DNA of 51,527 bases from positions 1-51,527 of IMG/VR virus record IMGVR_UViG_3300031998_000026. The stretch is one strand, 5' to 3'. Position numbers and translations under genes: made by a program. The notes under the pieces were generated by a model, which was not told where the DNA came from, ran no database searches, and saw only the letters and a list, made by a program, of their open reading frames with translations. This DNA comes from a virus. Taxonomy: Duplodnaviria > Heunggongvirae > Uroviricota > Caudoviricetes. This document shows, piece by piece, positions 46,206 to 51,527 of the stretch; position 1 is the stretch's first letter; each line of letters opens with the position of its first letter.

Positions 46206-47417
46206 GTGAACGGAATCACCAACGGCGCGCACTACGCGGCGATAGCGTCGGCCATCCGCAGCAAGGCAGGCACGACCAGCACCTACAAGCCGTCCGAGAT
46301 GGCATCGGCCATTGCGGCCATAGAGACGGGCATGGACCCAGTCTATGCGATCGCGACTGTCAAACCAACTGGTTCTATAGGTGGAAGCGCGTCGTTCGTA
46401 AAACCATACGCAGCTTGCGGGAGCAACGAAGTCACCTCTATCAACCTGCCATCCTGCACGACGGTCGGCGACGCCGCGTTCCAGAGCTGCTCGTCGCTCG
46501 CGTCCGTCAGCTTGCCAAAGTGCACGTCAGTCGGCAACTACGCGTTCCAGAACTGCACCTCCATTACGACCGTCAGTCTCCCGCTCTGCACGTCAGTCGG
46601 CAACAGCGCGTTCCAGAGCTGTTTCGCCCTCTCGTCCGTCAGCCTGCCAAAGTGCACGACGGTCGGCGACTACGCGTTCTATAGCTGCAGCAGGCTCACG
46701 ACCGTCAACCTCCCGTCCTGCACGACTGTCGGACGCGAGGCATTCATCTGCTGCAGCTCCATTACGACCGTCAGCCTGCCGGTCTGCACGTCAGTCAGTA
46801 CCTACGCGTTCAGGAGCTGCTCTTCCCTCACGACCGTCAGCTTGCCAAACCTCGCGACGGCTGGATACGGCGCGTTCTACGGCTGCAAGACCCTCAAGTC
46901 AATCAGCCTGCCCGTATGCACGACGGTCAGCGAATACGTGTTCTACAGCTGCTATTCTCTAGCAACCGTCAGCCTGCCCGTATGCACGACGGTCGGAAGC
47001 TACGCGTTCGCCTACTGCTCGTCGCTCGCGTCCATCAGCCTGCCCGCCTGCACGACGGTCTACAGCTTCGCGTTCAAATGGTGCTATTCTCTAGCAACCG
47101 TCAGCCTGCCCTTATGCACGACGGCCGACTGGGACGCGTTCGCCTACTGCTCGTCGCTCGCGTCCATCAGACTGCCCAAGTGCACCTTAATAGGCAGCAG
47201 CGCGTTCAGGTCCTGCTACAGGCTTGTCAGCCTGTACCTCAACTCAGTATCGCGGGTGACTACTTTGTCTGCAAGTGCATTTGCCTCGACTCCAATAGGC
47301 GGCTACAGTGCGTCGGCCGGACGGTTCGGCTCCGTCTACGTCCCGGCATCGCTCCTCAACAGCTTCAAGACCGCCACGAACTGGGCGTCGATATCGACGC
47401 GCATAGTTGCCGGATAG
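46206..47417 (+). CDS. BspA-type LRR protein 4 (11 full 22-aa repeats, 46449-47174, plus caps)
   Basis: Same caps and repeat consensus as 44905; GTG start. Confidence 0.88.
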   Translation: MNGITNGAHYAAIASAIRSKAGTTSTYKPSEMASAIAAIETGMDPVYAIATVKPTGSIGGSASFVKPYAACGSNEVTSINLPSCTTVGDAAFQSCSSLASVSLPKCTSVGNYAFQNCTSITTVSLPLCTSVGNSAFQSCFALSSVSLPKCTTVGDYAFYSCSRLTTVNLPSCTTVGREAFICCSSITTVSLPVCTSVSTYAFRSCSSLTTVSLPNLATAGYGAFYGCKTLKSISLPVCTTVSEYVFYSCYSLATVSLPVCTTVGSYAFAYCSSLASISLPACTTVYSFAFKWCYSLATVSLPLCTTADWDAFAYCSSLASIRLPKCTLIGSSAFRSCYRLVSLYLNSVSRVTTLSASAFASTPIGGYSASAGRFGSVYVPASLLNSFKTATNWASISTRIVAG

Positions 47418-47430
47418 GAAGGAACGTAAC

Positions 47431-47652
47431 ATGATCGTTGAAGAACCATATGGCGACGACCTCGTTCGCCATTATTCCGACAGGGGCATGATGATGCTCC
47501 AAGTCGAGACGGGCATCAAGTATGCAGAAGCCATCGACGTCGTCCCCTGCAGGTACACATACGAGGAGACGGACGAGCCAGTCGACGAGGATTCGGGAGA
47601 CGAAGCGAGTCCCGAGGAGCTGCTCGCAATACTTCTTGGAGGTGCACGATGA
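47431..47652 (+). CDS. small acidic hypothetical protein
   Basis: AAGGAA RBS; LVRHYSDRGMMMLQVETGIKYAEAIDV..YTYEETD. Confidence 0.7.
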   Translation: MIVEEPYGDDLVRHYSDRGMMMLQVETGIKYAEAIDVVPCRYTYEETDEPVDEDSGDEASPEELLAILLGGAR

Positions 47653-48047
47653 TAACGCGCAGGCATGCACGAGAGATACGCAGGGTCATGGAGGTCGCGG
47701 CGATCTCGCTCGGCGACTCCGACGCGCTCGACGCACCGGAGATGTTCCCGACATGGGAGCAAGACGGGTCGTACGCATCTGGCGACAGGGTCAGGTACGA
47801 GGACGTTCTCTACCGCTGCCTGCAGTCACACGACGCCCAAGCGCAGTGGACGCCCGACCAAGCCCCGAGCCTCTGGGCCAAGGTGCTCATTCCCGATCCT
47901 GACGTCGTGCCCGAGTGGGTGCAGCCCGACAGCACTAACCCGTACAAGTCAGGCGACAGGGTGACGCACAACGGGCAGACATGGGAGTCGACGGTCGACA
48001 ACAACGTCTGGGAGCCGGGCGTCTACGGGTGGTCCGTCGTCGGCTAG
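47649..48047 (+). CDS. protein with two Trp-rich CBM5/12-like carbohydrate-binding repeats
   Basis: WEQDGSYASGDRVRYEDVLYRCLQSH..WTP..SLW; WVQP..YKSGDRVTHNGQTWES..WEPG. Confidence 0.8.
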   Translation: MITRRHAREIRRVMEVAAISLGDSDALDAPEMFPTWEQDGSYASGDRVRYEDVLYRCLQSHDAQAQWTPDQAPSLWAKVLIPDPDVVPEWVQPDSTNPYKSGDRVTHNGQTWESTVDNNVWEPGVYGWSVVG

Positions 48048-48241
48048 CGGCACATCTCGTGACTCAGGAGCTCGAGCCTGTCCGCGCGACGGCCGACCTC
48101 GGCGCCCATAGCCACGAGCGCCTCGGGATGCTCTATCTCCGTCCATCTGGCTCGGCAGCCGACGCCCTCCAGGAAGAGCTCGACCGCCCTCAGGTACTCC
48201 GAGCACTCCGCGAGCTCGTCCGCAACCTCTACCACGTCCAT
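48044..48241 (-). CDS. small antisense-oriented hypothetical protein (65 aa)
   Basis: GGAGGGGG/GGTGGAG upstream of ATG 48241; MDVVEVADELAECSEYLRAVELFLEG... Confidence 0.55.
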   Translation of the reverse strand: MDVVEVADELAECSEYLRAVELFLEGVGCRARWTEIEHPEALVAMGAEVGRRADRLELLSHEMCR

Positions 48242-48360
48242 CTCCACCAGCCCCCTCCAAGGTCTGGCGCGAAGCATACCCCATATGGCGGGCGCGGTTG
48301 CCCACGGTTCGGCGGACGATACGAACAGGCACATATATATAAACAAAGGCGCGATGCGCC

Positions 48361-48390
48361 GAGGGGCCTTGCGGGGGCCCCTTTTCTTTG
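48361..48390 (+). terminator. intrinsic terminator before lysis module
   Basis: AGGGGCC-ttgcggg-GGCCCCT-TTTCTTT. Confidence 0.65.
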
Positions 48391-48405
48391 TAAGGGGTGG
48401 TTCCA

Positions 48406-48792
48406 GTGGACCAGGCAATGACACAGGTGGTAGTCGCTGGGGTGATCGAGCTGCTCATGCTGCCCCTGCTGCTGTTCGCGCTCAAGCACCTTCTCGGCAA
48501 GAGGCTCGACCAGTTCGACGAGAAGCGCGAGGAGGCGCGTGTCGAGCGTGCCGAGAACGAGCGCAGGAAGAACGAGCAGCGGGAGGCCGAGCGAGACATC
48601 ATCTTGGCAATGGCGCGAACGATGCTCCTCAACAACTGGGAGCGGTGCATGGACAAAGGGTACTACACCGTAGAAGAGCGCGAGGTCTACCACAAACTAT
48701 GGGTTTCCTACGCGCAGGACGGGGGAAACGGCGTAATCGAGGAGATAGCCCCACGCATCCGCGCCCTTCCGATGGATCCGCCGAAGGAGTGA
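48406..48792 (+). CDS. membrane-anchored lysis-region protein (TM + coiled coil, Y..GGNG family)
   Basis: N-terminal hydrophobic helix; EREVYHKLWVSYAQDGGNGVIEEI; precedes holin. Confidence 0.7.
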   Translation: MDQAMTQVVVAGVIELLMLPLLLFALKHLLGKRLDQFDEKREEARVERAENERRKNEQREAERDIILAMARTMLLNNWERCMDKGYYTVEEREVYHKLWVSYAQDGGNGVIEEIAPRIRALPMDPPKE

Positions 48793-48836
48793 CATGACGG
48801 CCGCCGAGAGGGCGGCCTTTCTGTAAGGAGGTCCGT

Positions 48837-49136
48837 ATGAACATCAACTGGCAAGTGCGACTCAAGAGCCCCGCGTTCTGGCTAGGGCTGATCGGCGCGA
48901 TTGGTGCGCCGGTGCTGGCATACCTCGGCATCGCCGCGTCCGACCTCACGACGTGGGGGAGCGTGGGCGACGTAATCGTTGCCACGTTCAGCAACCCCTA
49001 CCTGATCACGCTCGTGCTAATGGCCCTGCTGTCCTTCTTGGGCGTTGTGGTCGACCCAACCACCAAGGGCATTGGCGACTCCAAGCGGGCGCTCCACTAC
49101 AAGGAGCCGCACGACGACTACGCGGGGCTGAGATGA
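48837..49136 (+). CDS. holin (phiLC3/Phage_holin_1-like)
   Basis: MNINWQVRLKSPAFW; two TM segments; GVVVDPTTKGIGDS. Confidence 0.9.
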   Translation: MNINWQVRLKSPAFWLGLIGAIGAPVLAYLGIAASDLTTWGSVGDVIVATFSNPYLITLVLMALLSFLGVVVDPTTKGIGDSKRALHYKEPHDDYAGLR

Positions 49137-50566
49137 GCCTGAGGGCCATCGACATCGCGTCGTGGCAGGAGGGCATAGTGCCGAGCCGGGTCGACTGCGA
49201 CGTAGTGATAGTCAAGGCGACTGGCGGCACGTGGTACGAGAACCCGTTCTTCGAGGAGTGGGCCGACGACGCGCTCGCCTCCGGAAAGAGGCTCGCAATC
49301 TACCATTACGCAGTCGAGTCGCAGGACGACCCCGACCCACGGGCCGAGGCTGAGTTCTTCCTCGACCACGTCCGCAGGTACAGGGGGAGGTTCGTCCCGG
49401 CCCTCGACTGGGAGGCCGACGCCATGGCGCTGCCGCAGGAGTGGGCGCTCGAGTGGATGCGGGCCGTCGAGGACGAGCTCGGCGCCACGCCGGTGTTCTA
49501 CGCGTACGCGAGCCACCTCAACTCCGCGGACTACTCGAAGGTGGCCGAGAGGTACCCGCTGTGGATGGCGAGCTACCTGAGCCGCTACGAGGGAGCCGGA
49601 TGGGTCGACGACCCGCGCAACACGTGGGACCTCGGCTCGTGGGACCGGATGCTGATGTACCAGTACACGTCCACGGGAAGGGTCGCAGGATACGACGACG
49701 ACCTCGACCTGAGCGTTTTCTACGGCACGGGCGCCGACTGGGATGGCCTGTGCGGAGGGGGGGCTGACATGGGCAGGAGAGACGAGATACTTGACGCCCT
49801 GCGCTCTCAGCTGGGCGAGGACTACTACTCGATGAACTACGGCGCTTCCGAGGGATTCGGGGGCGTGGGGACGAACTACGTCGGGGCAGGATGGGGGTGC
49901 GCCGAGCTTGCGAGCTTCGCGTACAACACGACCATCGGCACCGACTACGTGGGCAGCACGTGGAACTTCTACGGCGACGCCCTCGGTCAGGGAACGAACC
50001 AGGGCGTCGGGGAGTTCTACTTCGTCGACGACCCCGAGCCCGGCGACATCGTCTGCTACATCAACTCTGGCCACAACGGCAGCGACTACGACGACTGCGG
50101 GCACGTCGCCGTGTACGTGGGCGACGGCATGGTGATCGGTGCTCGCGGCATCGGCAAGCCGACCGGCGGCTACTACCTGAACATCGGCGTTCAGGAGACC
50201 TCGATAGAGCTGCAGTCGCTCGGCGGCGGGTGGCGCTACATACGCTGCACGAGACTGGACGGCGAACAGCCAGAGCACGAAGGGCAGAAAACCGAAGGGA
50301 ACGGAGAGAGGAACATGCTTGCTTGCATAATCAGCATCGACGACGACCACCACGGATATAAGACGGGCATGCAAGTACTCTGGACGCCGATGGGCTTCGA
50401 GTACATCAACCATCCCGACTCGATAAGCTTGCTTGACGAGATGAGCGTGTACTACACTGGCAAGCCCCTCATGCGCGTGCACAGCGGGCACGACCATCCT
50501 TGGGTGGCCCGCCTCGAGCAGGTGACCATAGGCGACGGTGCCAAGACCAAGGGAACCGTGAGGTAG
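49133..50566 (+). CDS. endolysin: GH25 muramidase + NlpC/P60-type peptidase + C-terminal domain
   Basis: IDIASWQ, VIVKATGG, ALDWE, LWMASY, MYQYTSTG..DLDLSVFYG; WGCAEL...PGDIVCY...GHVAVYVGDGMVI; ATGA overlap with holin. Confidence 0.9.
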   Translation: MSLRAIDIASWQEGIVPSRVDCDVVIVKATGGTWYENPFFEEWADDALASGKRLAIYHYAVESQDDPDPRAEAEFFLDHVRRYRGRFVPALDWEADAMALPQEWALEWMRAVEDELGATPVFYAYASHLNSADYSKVAERYPLWMASYLSRYEGAGWVDDPRNTWDLGSWDRMLMYQYTSTGRVAGYDDDLDLSVFYGTGADWDGLCGGGADMGRRDEILDALRSQLGEDYYSMNYGASEGFGGVGTNYVGAGWGCAELASFAYNTTIGTDYVGSTWNFYGDALGQGTNQGVGEFYFVDDPEPGDIVCYINSGHNGSDYDDCGHVAVYVGDGMVIGARGIGKPTGGYYLNIGVQETSIELQSLGGGWRYIRCTRLDGEQPEHEGQKTEGNGERNMLACIISIDDDHHGYKTGMQVLWTPMGFEYINHPDSISLLDEMSVYYTGKPLMRVHSGHDHPWVARLEQVTIGDGAKTKGTVR

Positions 50567-50759
50567 CCGCGAACGGCCCCGCCGGGTGGTCGGCGGGGCC
50601 TGACGTGCCGCCGAGGGACGTGCGGGACGCCGTCCCGATGGCAGGCAGCGCAATGCACGTTAACGTCTTTTTCAGCAACCCAATGCGGTGCATTGCGGAT
50701 AGAGGTTGCATATCTTATAAAAAGAGCAGGCCAGACAAGCGCCTGACCTGCGAAAACTC

Positions 50760-50807
50760 TGGTGCGCCCTGAGGGACTCGAACCCCCGACCTTCGGATTA
50801 GAAGTCC
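50760..50807 (-). other. attP core: 3' half of tRNA-Arg(UCU) from the anticodon arm to CCA
   Basis: Reverse complement GGACTTCTAATCCGAAGGTCGGGGGTTCGAGTCCCTCAGGGCGCACCA; no 5' half; lies between lysin and integrase; flanking CTGACCTGC-like repeats at 50726-50734, 50743-50751, 50832-50840. Confidence 0.88.
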
Positions 50808-50931
50808 CAATAATTATGATAAGCACCATCTCAGACCTGCGGTTATGTCGGGTCAAATCCCAAAGTTATCACTATTTCTCACTATCTCTCACTATTCTGT
50901 TGTGGTGGGTTACGGTTGAAACAATTATGAA

Positions 50932-51527
50932 CTACGAGACCTCCCTCAGGTACTCGGACGTCCTGAGCGTCGCGACCGTCGCGTCGGCGTTCTGGTAGTT
51001 GGAGTAGCTCACCCTCTCGGAGTGCCCGTGCATCCTCGCGTTCGTCGAGTCGAGCACGCCCGCCTCCTGGCACAGGCTCTCGTGGGTCGCCCTCATCCTG
51101 GAGAGCGGTATGTAGCGAAGGCCGCGCAGCCTCCCGAGGTTGTTGCACCCCTCCTTCCTCGGGGCGTGCTTCGACGTCGACGGCTCGGCGAAGTAGCCCC
51201 TCCACCTCTTGCCGTAGTTCTGCCTCGACATGCCGCATAGCTCCGTCCTCGCGACGGCGCGCTCGGCCTCGGCCACGGCGCGCGCGTCGCCCATGTCCTC
51301 GGGCATGGCCGAGCGGTACATGTCGCAGACGATCTCGGACACCCTCGTGCCGAACGGCTCGAGGAGCGCGACCACCCTGACGCTCTTCCTGCTCTTCGTG
51401 CGGTGCCTGCCGTCCTTGCGGTTGTCGGCGTGGTGGACCGCCACCTGCGTCACCGCGACCCCCTTGATGACGGTGCCGCGGACGTCCATCGCCCTGATCG
51501 CGAACCCCTCCTCGAGCCTCAGGCCGC
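50932..51527 (-). CDS. int: tyrosine integrase, C-terminal part (5' end outside window)
   Basis: GLRLEEGFAI (catalytic R), SRMRAT, RMHGHS, SYSNY (catalytic Y); transcribed toward attP. Confidence 0.9.
   Translation of the reverse strand, partial: GLRLEEGFAIRAMDVRGTVIKGVAVTQVAVHHADNRKDGRHRTKSRKSVRVVALLEPFGTRVSEIVCDMYRSAMPEDMGDARAVAEAERAVARTELCGMSRQNYGKRWRGYFAEPSTSKHAPRKEGCNNLGRLRGLRYIPLSRMRATHESLCQEAGVLDSTNARMHGHSERVSYSNYQNADATVATLRTSEYLREVS

Noticed and set aside
44905-47417. Diversity-generating retroelement (TR/VR) or CRISPR array
   Set aside because: No reverse transcriptase or cas gene in the window. Differences between repeats are not adenine-restricted, and the 66-bp units are in-frame coding repeats without unique spacers.
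27943-47417. Invertible shufflon for tail fibres
   Set aside because: All paralogs are on the same strand, with no inverted silent cassettes and no invertase in the window.
9106-48820. CC-GAGA-GG loops in three terminators (9112, 38501, 48805) as boxB-like antitermination sites
   Set aside because: GNRA loops are common in intrinsic terminators and there is no boxA-like partner; not distinguishable from chance.
50760-50810. Functional tRNA gene
   Set aside because: Only the anticodon loop to CCA is present; acceptor 5' strand and D-arm are missing.
298-51240. Numerous long antisense/overlapping ORFs in the track (e.g. 38891-40717, 30681-32492, 49118-50653, 20681-21850)
   Set aside because: Shadow frames expected from high GC3 coding on the opposite strand: Arg/Ala/Val/Gly-rich, no RBS, no motifs.
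1-51527. Stop-codon reassignment
   Set aside because: Genes tile densely under the standard code and end at TAA, TAG and TGA at sensible boundaries.

Overview
About 51.5 kb of a GC-rich temperate siphovirus, spanning the packaging-to-integration arm. A Coriobacteriia/Actinomycetota-type Gram-positive host is inferred from composition and motifs, not proven. Gene order: HNH, terS, terL (with an Ala-start class-3 LAGLIDADG intein in Walker A), an antisense Dcm + EcoRII-like restriction-modification cassette and a metallophosphoesterase between terL and portal, HK97-type head genes, connectors, major tail, a tail chaperone pair apparently joined by a +1 rather than -1 frameshift, a 3475-aa tape measure, Dit/Tal, then a ~20 kb accessory virion region, lysis genes, attP (3' half of tRNA-Arg UCU) and a tyrosine integrase. 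The most unusual features are: (1) four BspA-type LRR proteins with constant caps, hypervariable aromatic-rich positions and shuffled identical DNA blocks; (2) recurring matched C-terminal/N-terminal peptide motifs that suggest a daisy-chained docking system for head/tail fibres; (3) an embedded glycosylation cassette (two GT2 enzymes plus a short UDP-sugar dehydrogenase) interrupted by an HNH gene whose RBS is buried in a multi-helix RNA; (4) six promoters, each paired with a Gram-positive LexA/SOS-type box (GAAC-N4-GTTC). All product calls come from motif recognition by eye; no database searches were run.
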